This document shows, in pieces, positions 28,853-42,119 of a DNA stretch of 64,000 nucleotides. The stretch spans positions 70,246,001-70,310,000 of the forward strand of contig OX597817.1 in NCBI GenBank assembly GCA_951406725.2. Direction: 5' to 3'. A program made the translations under genes and the position numbers. The stretch is from Octopus vulgaris. Taxonomy: Eukaryota. Below the pieces are notes generated by a model. That model saw nothing but the letters and a program-made list of their open reading frames with translations. It made no database searches and was not told the origin of the DNA. Numbering within the stretch: the first letter of the stretch is position 1; each line of letters starts with the position of its first letter.

Positions 28853-29092
28853 AGTGAAGGCGCGTGGTTTAGTGGTTAGGGCATTCGACTCAGGATCGTA
28901 AGGTCGTAAGTTCAATTCCCGGTGACATTTTATTTCACGTTGCTCCAGTCCACACAGCTGGCAAAACTGGGTAGTACCTGTATTATAAAGGGCCAGCCTT
29001 GTCACAATCTGTGTCATGCTGAATCTCCCTGAGAACTACGTTAAGGGTACACGTGTCTGTGGAGTGCTCAGCCACTTGCATGTTAATTTCAC
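28853..29092 (+). mobile_element. tRNA-derived SINE sharing its tail with the 36523 family
   Basis: GGCGCGTGGTTTAGTGGTTAGGG...AGTTCAATTCCC head and GAGAACTACGTTAAGGGTACACGTGTCTGTGGAGTGCTCAGC tail. Confidence 0.8.
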
Positions 29093-29105
29093 ACCATATA
29101 TATAT

Positions 29106-29249
29106 AGGCGCAAGTATGGCTGTGTGGTAAGAAGCTTCTTTCCCAACCACATAGTTCCGGTTTCAGTTACACTGCGTAGCAGTGTCTTCTACTATAGCCT
29201 CCTGCCTTGTGAGTGGATTTGGTAAATGGAAACTGAAAGAAACTCGTCG

Positions 29250-29296
<47 letters not shown>

Positions 29297-29670
29297 TTTT
29301 TATATATACATAAATGTGTAATGGTGTCTGTGTGTCTGAGTTTACTCTAACTCCTCCCACATCGTTCAACTGATTTTAATGATTTTTGGCACATAGGTAG
29401 ATCACGTGCCCTGAAGTTCAAATAAGGCCGGAAGTTTTCGAAAACTCGATAATACTCAGTTGCCATCGATTTTTTGCGAGCTCAATCGGGCGTTTGAATG
29501 GAAATTTCCATAATGATGTTATTTTTCCTGCAGCTTTTGCATTTTTTCACGTGTAAAATTTCAACAAAATCGATAAAATAGTGTCTAAGGAAATACTTGT
29601 TCAATATAAGGTCAGAGACGGGCTTAACTTCAACACAGAAAACACGGGCAACACCTGGTCCAACAGCTAG

Positions 29671-29743
<73 letters not shown>

Positions 29744-29955
29744 GTGTGTGTTTGTGTGGCTGTGCTTGTCCCCCACCATCGCTTGACAACCGATGTTGGT
29801 GCGTTTACGCCCCTGTAACTTAGCGGTTCGGTAAGAGAGACCCAGAGCACAAGTACTAGGCTTATAAAGAATAAGTCCTGGGGTTGATTTGTTCGACTAA
29901 AGGTGGTGCTCCATCATGACCGTAATCAAATGACTGAAACAAGTAAAAGAATAAA
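29106..29955 (+). mobile_element. SINE family A with a Helitron in its central microsatellite
   Basis: 5' half at 29106-29250 and 3' half at 29745-29955. Confidence 0.8.
29300..29670 (+). mobile_element. Short non-autonomous Helitron
   Basis: TATATATACATAAATG..TGTCTGTGTGTCTG start; ends CACGGGCAACACCTGG-tccaacag-CTAG|T. Confidence 0.7.
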
Positions 29956-29969
29956 AGAATATACGTATA

Positions 29970-30630
29970 TACGAGGAGGTATCCAAAAGCAACCGAAAAC
30001 TTTTGTAGAATGTGCCCATCGTAGTTCAAGCTTCCACCGCTAGAAGTCACCTTTAGGCATCAGTCTGCGGACCGGCATCGTCTAGTGAAGTCGTACAGCC
30101 ACATAGTGTGTCTTTGTTTTGCAGAGCTTCTCCCCTGATTGCATGCTTCAAACAAGGACGCTTCCATGAGCAAAACACAGGTTTCCGAGTGGTCTTCACG
30201 CTTTAGGAATAGTCACTTATCGCTTGAAGACCAGCCTCGTTCAAGGTGACCGTCAACTCCCACGCCCCCACCCCCGAACGAAAATTCATGAGCTGCCCTT
30301 TGAGTGCCGTCGCCGAACAATTGACGAACTTGATTATATGACCGGTGTGCCCTGGAGCACCTAACAACGAATTTTGAGCAAGGAATTGCGAATGAAAAGT
30401 GTTGCAGCAAAATTTGTGCCTCGCTCGCTCACAGAAGATCAAAAACAGTTACGAATGAATGCGAGTTGTGAACTGAAAGAACAGTTGGGAGTTGATCTTG
30501 CTTCCTGCGACTTTTTTTTTCCGAATGTAAAAAGGTCTTAAAGGAAAACGTTTTGCAAGTGTGGAAGAGGAGAAGAAATAAACGACGGAGGCATTAAAAG
30601 ACATCACTTCGCAAGAATTCCAGGACTGCT
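29970..30630 (+). mobile_element. Internally deleted mariner (irritans-like) relic
   Basis: TA|CGAGG start. Fragments MSKTQVSEW.SRF, MKSVAAKFVPRSLTEDQK, DLASCDFF, LKGKRFASVEE. Confidence 0.8.
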
Positions 30631-31904
30631 TATATATATATATAAAGACCTGCTTGAAACCCGATAAAGTACACTTGAAGACATGGAAATCGAAAGCACT
30701 GAACAGAGCCCAGTGGAGACATACATACATACATACATACATACATACATACACAGAATGATTAGCACGCTGGATTAAATGCTTAGCGTTATTTCGCCCG
30801 TCGCTACGTTCTGATTTCAAATTCCACCAAGGTCGACTCTGCCTTTCATCCTTTCGGGGTCGATAAATTGAGTGCTAGGGTCGAAGTAATCGACTAGTCC
30901 CCTACCCCAAAATTTCAGGCCTTGTGCCTATAGTAGAAAAGATTGTTATTGGTGTTGTTGCTGTTATCATCATCATCAACATCATCATCATCATCATCAT
31001 TATGGTTTTAGTATTACCTATTATTTCGTAAAATATTTAAATTCTTTTAACCTTTAGTTTGCTTCAATGTTAAATTTTAAAATTTTAACTTTAGTTCAAA
31101 TCTTAATCGGAAAGATATTTAATGGTTTAAATTTTTAAAACTCCTTTAATGAGTTTAAATCTAAAACTATATCCAGCCTTCAATGTTATTTGACTTGAAA
31201 CAACTCAAATTGACTTTATCTCATTTCAACCTCACATCTCTCAATCTATCAACATTTTATATCCTAGCTAATCAGAGCTTTCTCAAACCTCTAAATCACA
31301 ATATGACTACTATTGATATTTCATTCATCTTCTAATGTAATTCCCCTACTATACTTGATAGCGCCAATGACCAAATATAAAAGACTTAAGTTGAACATGT
31401 GTGTAAACAGCCCATATAAAATTTCAACACATTTGGAGAATATCTAACCTAAAAACAATGCAAATACGTTCATGTGTGTTAACCTGACTATAAATACTAT
31501 TGTTTTGTGAATGTCCTTTTCCCAAATTTCGGCCTTCTGTTAAGTCTTCTATCTTTTACTTCCTTCTCCTCACCTCTTTGTAACCCATCTTCCTCTTTTC
31601 TCTATTCTATTTCCATCTTTCCTTTTTTCCTCCTTCCTCATGCATGTACCATTCCTTCAGTGATGTGCTCTGTTATAACCAGAAATAGTTCTGACGAAAG
31701 TAGCAATAATATTTATAGATCGTTCAATTTTTCTCAACTGATCAATAGGCCAATTGAGGAAACCTACCAATGACGTACCTATAATGACTTCTGGAAACAC
31801 CTGTAAGCCAAATTTGCTCCAATAAAGGAAAAATAATGTAATGACCATTATTTATACCTTGTCTTTATACATACATACATACGTACATATATATATTTGG
31901 GGCA

Positions 31905-32066
31905 GGCTTCTTTCAGTTTCCGTCAACCAAATCAGCTCATGAGTCTTTGGTCAGCCTGAGGCTATAGCAGAAGACACTCGTCCAAGTTCCCGCGCAGTGG
32001 GACTGAACCAGGGACCATGTGGTTTGAAAGGGAAGCAAACTTTTTACCACACAGCTAGGTCTGCAC
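31905..32066 (-). mobile_element. SINE family A, 5' half (older copy)
   Basis: Reverse complement of the family A head, abutting the plus-strand copy. Confidence 0.75.
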
Positions 32067-32238
32067 AGGCGTAGGAGTGGCTGTATGGTAAGTAGCTTGC
32101 TTACGAACCACATGGTTCCGGGTTCAGTCCCACTGCATGGCACCTTGGGCTAGTGTCTTCTACTATAGCCTCGGGCCGACCAAAGCCTTGTGAGTAGATT
32201 TGATAGACGGAAACTGAAAGAAGCCCGTCGTAGATATG

Positions 32239-32272
<34 letters not shown>

Positions 32273-32470
32273 CTTGTGTGTCTGTGTTTGTCCCCCCAAC
32301 ATCGCTTGACAACCGATGCTGGTGTGTTTATGACCCCGTAACTTAGCGGTTCAGTAAAAGAAACCGATAGAATAAGTACCAGGCTTACAAAGAATAAGTC
32401 CTGGGTCGATTTGCTCGACTAAAGGCGGTGCTCCAGCATGGCCACAATCACATGACTGAAACAAGTAACC
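32067..32470 (+). mobile_element. SINE family A, full length
   Basis: Near-identical to the 17583 and 22431 copies. Confidence 0.9.
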
Positions 32471-33084
32471 GAATAACCGAGTAAACAAATAAATAAATAG
32501 ATAAATAATAGGTTAGAAGTTCAAGTAAAGGACGTGACGAAATTCACTTTCTTGCTGCAATTGCTTGTCACGAAATGTCAATAATCCATTTATCAGGAAT
32601 ATGTATGTTCGTTTTAAACAAATTTGGAAAACCTTTGAAGTTGATTAACCACTTGGCAAGCAGAAACCACTTACGATAGTAGCGATACTGAAAATTTCAT
32701 AAATCAGAGATAACTTGAAAAGACTAACTAGAATAACATGCTTTGGATGAATGAAAGAATTAATTGACTCGGTTTCTTATTTTCATTGTGAATACTTTCA
32801 TTCAGATAAACTTACTTTCATTGTAGCCAAGATTAAAGTAAGTTATCTGAAAACATTGCTAACTACATTGTTATCTCTGTCTCGTTCATTTTGACGAAAA
32901 GCTGCCAAAATCATTTGATAAGTGTTAATGTCTCTAAAGGATTGTCATCAATTATTCAGAGCAATCTAATCCACTCAATTATTACTGTCTTTTAGTAACG
33001 TATTAAAAAGGGGATTACAGAATGTGTCACCATTTTAATAGAGAATACTTCTAACGTAAGTTATCTCCCGTTTCATTTGCTGTA

Positions 33085-33625
33085 CAGTGATCTATCGCTA
33101 CTTCGCGGTTCAACTATTGCGGATTCACGACTTCGCGGATTTTTAAAATGTGTATATATATATATATGAACACCTAAAATTTTTCGTTAAATTCATTAAA
33201 ATATTAATAATAAATATTATTTCCTAGCCTAGGGACAACAAAACAAGCGTAAAATAGCAAAAAAGCATATACAGGGGTATTTGAACTTAAGACAGGCACC
33301 GCCGTAAGCTTCATCATCATCATTTCTACTGCGCAGCAAATTCATCACCATCATCATTCAAATTTTACTTCAATTTCTTTCGTGTTGAGTACAGTAACAA
33401 TCTTTATTTTTTTAAATCTAAAATGTTATGGCTTAACAGTTGTCTTTGTTATTAATAGACTACTGTAATGGGTAAGTTGTTAGCAGTACAGGGAGGGTTT
33501 TAAAAGTCCAAATACACGTTAAATAAATATTTACATATTGTAAATATGGTGTCCCTACTTCGCGGAAATTCAGTTAACGCGGCCGGTCTCGGAACCAATC
33601 TACCGCGATAAACGAAGGATCACTG
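33085..33625. mobile_element. pogo/Tigger-type MITE
   Basis: TA|CAGTGATCTATCGCTACTTCGCGGT ... ACCGCGATAAACGAAGGATCACTG|TA, with internal repeats of CTTCGCGG. Confidence 0.8.
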
Positions 33626-34314
33626 TATGCTACGGTGATAGAAATGAGCAAATTTTTGTGAATGATTTCTAGGATTTTCTAGCGTTAGCGAAGACAAAAT
33701 TGCTAAGAATATTTCTGATTCAGCTTTATATCACCTAAATGTACTGAGCTGATGATAAAAAGAAAGTTTGTTTTTAACTGTATAATAATTCTCCTATTAA
33801 AGCAACTGAACTTAATGGTATTCAGGAAAAATTAGAAAGAGTTCCAAAGTCTAATTTTGTTTTAAATTAAGCTGTTTCACATATTCCTAAATAAAATAGA
33901 TTTCTTTCGATATTACGTAATATATCGTCGTTCTTTAGCAGCTTTAGAAACTACAATGCTCAATAATCTAAAATGTTTTTATTAGAAAACTAAAAATGAT
34001 GCAAGAATATTTTCGGCGGGCATCGACACATTCAAACTTAATATTTTGAGGTGTATTTTCTTGAATTTTTTATTTGCTGAGCATTTTTTCAAAGCAAACC
34101 AAACGTTCCAACTGCAAGAACTCTTTCCAAAATTTAAGTTAAAATTAAAGTAAAAGCTAAATTTTAAGTTTGGTGTAAGAAAATTTTAACATTTTTAAAG
34201 CTAAAACGAAACTTTTACCTCTAAAATTTCATCAGAAAATTTTCTGTCAAAATATAGTATTTATATAATTGATCAAATTTAATAGAAATTTGTTGTTGTT
34301 GTTTGTCCCTTCTC

Positions 34315-34602
34315 AAGCCAGCCCTGGCCTATAAGGGCCAGTTTCCCGGTTTCCTTGGCGTATAGGTTCCCCACCTGGACGGGACGCCGGTCTGTCGCAG
34401 GTGAGCTGCAAGATGCAGGAGGAAAGAGTGAGAGAAAGTTGTTGCCAAAGAGTCAGCAGAAGTTCGCCATTACCTTCTGCCGGAGCCGCGTGGAGCTTAG
34501 GTGTTTCGCTCATAAATACACACATCGTCCGGTTTGAGATTCGAACCCGCGATCCCTCGACTGCGAGTCCGCTGCTCTAACCACCAGGCCATGTGTCTCC
34601 AC
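34315..34602 (-). mobile_element. tRNA(Arg)-derived SINE with V-SINE-like tail
   Basis: Minus strand TGGCCTGGTGGTTAGAGCAGCGGACTCGCAGTCGAGGGATCGCGGGTTCGAATC, tail CCTGCGAC.GACCGGCGTCCCGTCCAGG. Second copy at 47597-47866. Confidence 0.85.
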
Positions 34603-35229
34603 TTAATAGCAATTTAAGTCTATGAAAACTTTGAATTTATAGAAGTTTTAGCCTGCAAAACCTTTATATTCTTTAACGCTGCTTTTCCAGATAGCCACGC
34701 CCCCTAATCTCTAAAACCTAATTATAGTTCACTGTTTGATTTTGCTGTTTCAGGTTTAACTGAACTGTTTTGTTTTCTTATGAATGTTTTACCAAGACTA
34801 GTAGAACTTCTGAAATATTCATTACAAAATTATATACATGAAGGTGTGGCTGCGTAGTAAGAAGTTTGCTTCCCACCCACATGGTTCAGGATACATACAT
34901 CAATGTGTGTGTGTTTGTGTGTGTGTGTGTGCGTGTGTGTGTGTCCCCTTGTGTTTGTGTCTGTATTTGTCCCCCCACGCCGCTTGACAACCGATGTTAG
35001 TTTCTTATGTGCCTGTAAATTAGCGGTTCGACAAAAGATACCAATAGAATAAGTACCAAGCTTTAATTCGATTCGTTCGACTACAACATCTCTGAGGCAG
35101 TGCCCCAGAACCGCCGCAGTTTAATGACTGAAGCAAGTGAAGGATAAAAGAAAAAAAAGATGGAGATTTTTCATAAGCATATATGCCAAAATGTCTGGTC
35201 TTAAGTTTACCTATATCATGCTAGTATCT

Positions 35230-35463
35230 AAGGCGGCGAGCTGGCAGAACCGTTAGCACGCCGGGCGAAATGCGTTCCCGTATATTTCGTCTGTCGTTAC
35301 GTTCTGAGTTCAAATTCCGCCGAGGTCTACTTTGCCTTTCATCCTTTCGGGGTCGATAAATTAAGTACCAGTTACGCACTGGGGTCAACGTAATCGACTT
35401 AACCCTTTTGTCTGTCCTTGTTTGTCCCCTCTATGTTTAGCCCCTTGTGGGCAGTAAAGAAAT
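35230..35463 (+). mobile_element. SINE family B, full length, with target-site duplication
   Basis: Flanked by TATATCATGCTAGTATCTAA at 35212-35231 and 35464-35483. Confidence 0.9.
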
Positions 35464-35800
35464 ATATATCATGCTAGTATCTAACGTGGCATTTTTCTAT
35501 GCATAAAAAGTAACTTCCTGCGCAACTTACAAATCCAACAAAGGGTACCAAATATTGCAATCGTAATTTTGTATCAAGATACGATGCTGAATGCAAATAA
35601 ATCTTCATTATATATAATTTAGTCATTTTTAAGAGTATTTACATTCTATATGTACCATCCTTCTATAATATAATTTTTATGAACTGGAAGTAAAATGTTT
35701 TGATTAAGTACCATAGAACCAACCCTTTATACATATATATATGTATACATATGTGTGGGGTGTATGCGTGTTTGTGTGTGCATGTGTTCGTGCGTGTGCA

Positions 35801-35837
<37 letters not shown>

Positions 35838-36522
35838 ATGTATGCATGTATGTATGTACGTTTGTATATGTGTGTGAATTAGCGCGTGCGTACGTTTCTG
35901 TGTGTGTGTGTGTGTGTGAATGAGTGCGTGCGTGCGTTTCTATGCGTGTGTACGTATGTATGTATATATGTATTATGTATGTGTTAGTAAGTGCGTACGT
36001 ACATTTCTCTGTGCGTGTGTGTGTGGTGCAGACGCGCGTGTGCGTGTGCGCATGTGTGCAATGCTTTTTTTCGCGCAAGTGTACCTTAATAAATACTCAT
36101 CTCGGATAAAACCAATTCCTGAGAATAATTCGAACATATGAATCCGTCGCGCAAATCATAGGGCAGTTATAACAGTGAGCACATGCTTCGATCCTGTTTT
36201 ATGATTTTGAATAAAGAAACGATAAACGTCCCTGGAAAATACGACATCAGTCTGCCGCAGATATTCATATACGACCTTCTTGTATTTTGTATAGCTTGGT
36301 CAGAGCAGGACGTGTAGATTCCGATCGTTTCCAAGGTCTCCAAAGCAGCTGGCGAAAAAAAGAGCAACGGCGCTGAATCATCTGAAACTAAACACTTTGT
36401 GCGCATGTTTGAAGAGTTCGCTTCGCAAAAGTAAGCTATGTTGTTGTTGTTGGTGGTGGTGGTATAACAGCTGCCTTTGATTTTGCTTTTGTTGTTGTTT
36501 TCTATTTGTTACTGTTTAGCCT

Positions 36523-36905
36523 GTGGAGGCGCAATGGCCCAGTGGTTAGGGCAGCGGACTCGCGGTCGTAGGATCGCGGTCCCGATTCCCAGACCGGGCG
36601 TCGTGAGTGTTTATTGAGCGAAAACACCTAAAGCTCCACAAGGCTCCGGCAGGGATGGTGGTGATCCCTGCTGTACTCTTTCACCACAACTTTCTCTCAC
36701 TCTTATTTCCTGTTTCTGTTGTACCTTTATTTCAAAAGGACCGGCCTTGTCACTCTCTGTGTCATGCTGAATATCCCCGAGAACTACGTTAAGGGTACAC
36801 GTGTCTGTGGAGTGCTCAGCTACTTACACGTTAATTTCACGAGCAGGCTGTTCCATTGATCGGATATACCGGAACCCTCGTCGTCGTAACCGACGGAGTG
36901 CTTCC
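36523..36905 (+). mobile_element. tRNA(Arg)-derived SINE, full length
   Basis: GGCGCAATGGCCCAGTGGTTAGGGCAGCGGACTCGCGGTC head (TCG anticodon-like loop). Flanked by TGTTTAGCCT direct repeats (probable TSD). Confidence 0.85.
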
Positions 36906-37616
36906 AGTGTTTAGCCTAAAATCAACACTGACTGGACGGTCCGAAGATAAATAAAAAAATCATTCTGTTCATGACCATACTGTTCATGGTCATCCTATCT
37001 TTTTCATCCATTTTAAGGCGGTTGTGTGTGTGTGTGATTTGGGGGAAGCTTGACAACTCTTTCTGAGGGTTCAAGAGGTAGATGAGGTGGCGGGGAAGAT
37101 GAGGATGGTGGTGCTGGTGGTGGTGGTTGTGGTGGTGGCGGCGGCGGAAGGACGAGTGATGCAGTTATGGTGGTAGGGACGGAAGGGAATATTGTCGGAA
37201 GCGGGTAGTGGTGGAAGGAGCCTGTGGTGGTGGTGGTAGTAGTAGTTGCAGGAGAGTCGATGGTGGGGTGGCGTGGGTTGTGGTGGTGAACAAGTCTTCA
37301 GAGAAGGATAGTGATTGGGAAGTATCAAGTAACTACAACGTCATTGATTGCTGATGTAGGCTACAACGAACTAAGATATCGAATTATCGTCCTTACACGG
37401 AAGATCTAATCCTCAATGCTTAAAACAGACTGCATTTAGCTAAGGGCATCCAAAGACCAGGTAGTGACAGTGTTCGTTAATCGGAAGCTTCAACACTTGA
37501 TATTTGATAGAGATAAGAGGAAGAGGGAATAACTGCAACTTCTTTGGAATGAGGAAGACGGTATAATTAAGTTTAACCCTCTTAAAACGGTTGACGTAAA
37601 TTTATGCACGCAATGT

Positions 37617-38524
37617 AACGGGTCATCCATAAATAATGCGTTTTTTTAATACTTCTTTTATTTTTCAAAATTAAGATAAACAAAGTTCTTTTTTAATCTT
37701 AAATATACTTTCCTTCATTTTCTGCAATGCTCTTCCATCTATCTGGTAGACTTGCATGGCCCCTCTTCTAACATTCACTTGTCCATGACGAAAAATACTC
37801 TTCCAGAACTGTTCTGACCTCGTCTACAGAATTCACATTTTTTCCGTCCCTAATCAGACAGGGCAACGTCCCCAATCAGATAGGGCAATGTTAGGCAAAT
37901 ATGGTGGGTAGGGCATCGTTTCCAATTAAAATTGCTCCAGCTTTTGGAATGTTATCCTCACTGTATGTGGCCGAGCATTATCCTGATGGAACACCTTTTG
38001 TCTTGAAACCAAATATGGTAGTTTTTCTTCTAGCGCTGACTTGAATGACTGATTGAATTACCAAATCCAAGCTTCTCTGCTAGTTCCTTAACAGTTACGA
38101 TGGGATTTTGTTCCACCGGGGTTTGCTAGGACGTTCTCGTCGAGCTCTACAGATCTTCCAGGACGTGGTTTGTCTTCTAGGCAGTAGTTTTCGACTCGGA
38201 ATTTCTGGAACCACCGTTGACACTGACTTAGCCTTATTTTCTGATCCCCATATACTGCATTAATATTCCTCGCACTTTTCGTTGCATTGTTGCCTTTATT
38301 GAACTCAAAAAGCAAAATATGCTCCTTTCTCACTTCCATTATAGCTTTGAAAAAATAACTGTTAGAATTGAACTCTACATTTCAAGACTTTCACTAAGAG
38401 TAAGTACAAAGATAAAATTATTACCTGCTGTTATAGCAAGTTAATGCAGGTAATTTATCCCGTCCCCCTCCGATTTTAGTTTATGCAGCTGAAAAAACCG
38501 GATTATTTATGGGATAGCCCAATA
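37617..38524 (-). mobile_element. Internally deleted mariner element
   Basis: TIRs GGGTCATCCATAAATAATGCGTTTTT / AAAAACCGGATTATTTATGGGATAGCCCAA. ORF MEV..EHILLFEFNKGNNA..SARNINAVYG....CQRWFQKFR......ED.PR.GR; HQDNARPH on the minus strand. Confidence 0.88.
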
Positions 38525-41500
38525 TATGCTTTAAATAGCGATTACCGTTGCCGTGCGCAGGCAATCGAATGAATGCCCGCCGTAAAATGGTTAATCTCTA
38601 AATATACAATTAACAGCTTTTACCGAGATTTGAACGCAAGACTTCTACACTCAGTAGATATAGTAGTCACTCAGCCACTCGACACTTCATCTATGATAAT
38701 CTTTTCTACTCTAGACATAAGGCTCGAAATTTTGGGGGCCAGTCGATTACAAGACCCCAGTACACAACCTGCTATTTGATTTATCGACCTCGAAAGGATG
38801 AAAAACAAAGTTGACCTCGGCGGAATTTGAACTCAGAACATAAAGACAGACGAAATACCGCTAAGCGTACTAACGTTTCTGCCACCTCGCCGCCTTTCTT
38901 CATCTATGATATTGCATCAGTACTTACCAACTGAAGCACACTGACGTTATATTATTATTATTATTATTATTATTATTATGAGGCAGAATCGATGGTAGGC
39001 CGGGTAAAATGATTAGAGGAATTTGTTTAGTCTTTACATTCCGAATTCAAATTCCGACTTTACCTTTCATCCCTTCGGGGTTGATAAAATACGTACCAGT
39101 TGAACACTGCGGTCGATGTAATCGACTTACACCCTTCCCCGAAATTACTGGCATTATGCCTAAAATTTGAGATCGTTGTATTATTACAGATACAAGAGCC
39201 TCAATGTGATCGCTTGCAGAGCGAGCAATAACAGCCAAATTTCCTTCAAATTACATTCGTCTGTCTTTAGAATGAGAGGAAACATTTGATAATATAAACC
39301 TAAATAGGTATTCCCAAGCAAAAAAATCATAAAAAACGAAAACTCGAAACGGATGCTTATGGTTGAAATATTTTGATGATAGAAATACTTAACACAGGTT
39401 GACTTTTGACAAAGCAACAATGAATATCAATGATGAAGCCTCTGTCGGTAAAAAAAAAAAAATTACGTCTTCAAAAATGGATACAAGCTGTGTAAAATTA
39501 TAGCGAAGCTGGAATACAAGGGACATAATCAGGTAACAACATTTAGTTGTTTAGAGTTATATCCCTTGAAATCAAGTAACTATTAAACAAGTTTAGTTTT
39601 AATTTACTCCTCCAATTCTACATTTAAATCATTCGAAATTTTTCTCTATATGAATTTAGGTGTCAGTATATTTATGAATGTACCGTGAGTCTTTGCAGTT
39701 TTTACCTATCAAATCAAAATTTAATGACTGGCCATTTCAACTAAAATGAATTACCTCCCTTGAATAAGTAAAACCAAAATAAGGGAAATAATTCCGGTTA
39801 ACGTTTTATTTTTTCCCTAAAACTGAATGTAAGTATCGATGAAATAAATATAGGGGATTAAATTTTTTTTACTTTTTAATATGGAAAATATTGCAATAGT
39901 AATAATATTGAAGTTAAACTGTCTATTGTTACAATAAGCCAGTTTATTACTATTGAAATCAAAGAAAACAAAATGAAATCCAGCTGAAGATATTACCGTT
40001 TCACAGTATTGATTAGACTATTGGATATAGTTATACACCGCTAGTCATAATGCGCTTCTTTATGTTGTTGTAGCCTTCAATGAAGGCACACCATTGGCTA
40101 GGAAGGCAGGCCAACATGGATCCTCAGTGGGTTGTCAGTCTATCACAGAATTATCCATTTATAGCTGAGTGGACTGGAACACCATGAAATGATGTGTTTT
40201 CTTCAAGAACACAGTGCATCGCAATCGAAAGCTTGATCAGCCGATCGTGAGTGCAAGACCCTTACCACTGAGCCAGGTGCCTTCATATGTGAAGATAAAG
40301 ATAAGTCTTCTTTTTTTTTTGGTTAGATACAACTCAGCCAAGACCAAGTCAATCTAAGGTCAAAAGCATGACTATGCCCTTGTTTCATACAAAGATAGCA
40401 TGTAAGACAGTTAGATGTAATTTCAGCGGGATTTCGCTGTTATTTGCTGTAGGTCGAGCACTTACCCATATTGTTAACTGGAACAGCTTAGATTACAGGA
40501 CTTGTGTTTCAGGCCTACTCAAGGGCTAAATGACAATAAACATATGATTACCACAGCAGTATGTCTTGCTTTTTCTTTTCTTCCTTTCTTTATTTTGTTA
40601 TATATGTGTGAATGTATCCATGTGACGTGTTTCCCTACAGTGTTTGTAGAAAAACTCAAACTAGAACAGTTTCTTGAGTTGGACAAATTACAGACATAGT
40701 CTGCTATATTTGAGAGGGGTAAGGAGCTATGTGAAAACAGGTGGCTTAGTGGTTAGGGGTGTTCGGTGTTTGAGTATGAAGTTGAAGGTTCAGTTCCTAG
40801 ACGGAGTAGCTGGTTGTGAACTTGAGCAAGGCACTTCATTTCATGTTGCCTCAGCCTATTCAGCTATGGTAGTACGCCCTGTGAAGACGCACGACCTGGT
40901 GGTTAGGGATGTTCGATACCTGGACCGAGTAGCCGGCTGTGATCTTGAGCAAGGTATTTTGTTTCACGTTTCTTCAGTCTTCTCAGCTGTAAATGACCAC
41001 CATCGGTTATTGCTGCACTCTTCTCTCCTTCCTGCTGTTACATCGTGGATATTTTGCAGCGCCAAAATAGTGGTAGTCCGTGATGATATCTAAATCTGCT
41101 CAAACTATGTAGGCACTTGAAACAATTGTGAGAAATTCGAACATGTTACCTAGCTACACTCGTGATTGAATGGGTGAGTGACGGCTAGCTGTTGGATGCT
41201 ATAAACAAATTGAATGGAACAAATCATCCCAGTCCCATTATCTAATATTAACCGGGGTTGGAAGTACATTGTTTATCATTCTCTGGAGGAACTGAACTTC
41301 GGCTGGCTGTTCTATTTTCCACAACATACTACAAAATGGTGGAGTTTTTTTTTTTTTTGGTTTTGTTTTGCATGTGTGTTAATCTGTCTCCCAAGCCGCA
41401 TTAGTTTTCTAAACCTACAGTTCTAATCACACGCTCCTCTTCTTCAATATGGTGAAGTTCTTTGGTCTCGCTTGCCTTTGTTATTCTGACAGGAAATCCA

Positions 41501-42119
41501 TTTATTTTGTAATTTAGATTCTTTCGGTGGTGTACATGCCATTCATTCATTACATTATTAATTAACTTATTTATCTAAATTCATGCATCTGGTAAGCTGG
41601 TCAAAAATCTTTGCAGCTCTGTTTTGCAAGCCCGGAAATTCATAGACACTTACAGACAATGCCTTCTTCTTCAGGTGTCCACGAAGTGTGAAGCACTGAT
41701 CGCGTCCGACTTGTAAGGTGTGTGTTCGTGTGCTTGTGATTAAAATGTTTAAACGATGTAAGGGAATTTAATAAATTGTTTATTGCTCAAAGCCAGTTTT
41801 AGTTTACTGTGTTGATGTGGTTCAATAAGACCTAAACCTGTCTTCAACTGTCTTCTTACCTGCAAACAAAGACCAGATCTTCTTAGTATGTAAATTAACT
41901 TAGTAAAATTAGTTTATATTTTTGAAAATCATCTCCCCTTTTCTTGAGTTCTATTTTCGTGTAACTTCATTCAAGGCCTTGCGGTGTGTTTACACCCATA
42001 TAATCTATAAGAATTTCTTTTCTCGAAACAGCTTGTGCATCGTATCGTCTTTCCTTGTTCAAATGTACGCGAACATATTAAATAAGACTGTTCATAATTA
42101 TATTTCAGTCGGTCCATTT

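Noticed and set aside
36523-36600. tRNA-Arg gene (also 34530-34600 and 47795-47866)
   Set aside because: No proper acceptor stem, and the sequence continues into a repeated SINE body.
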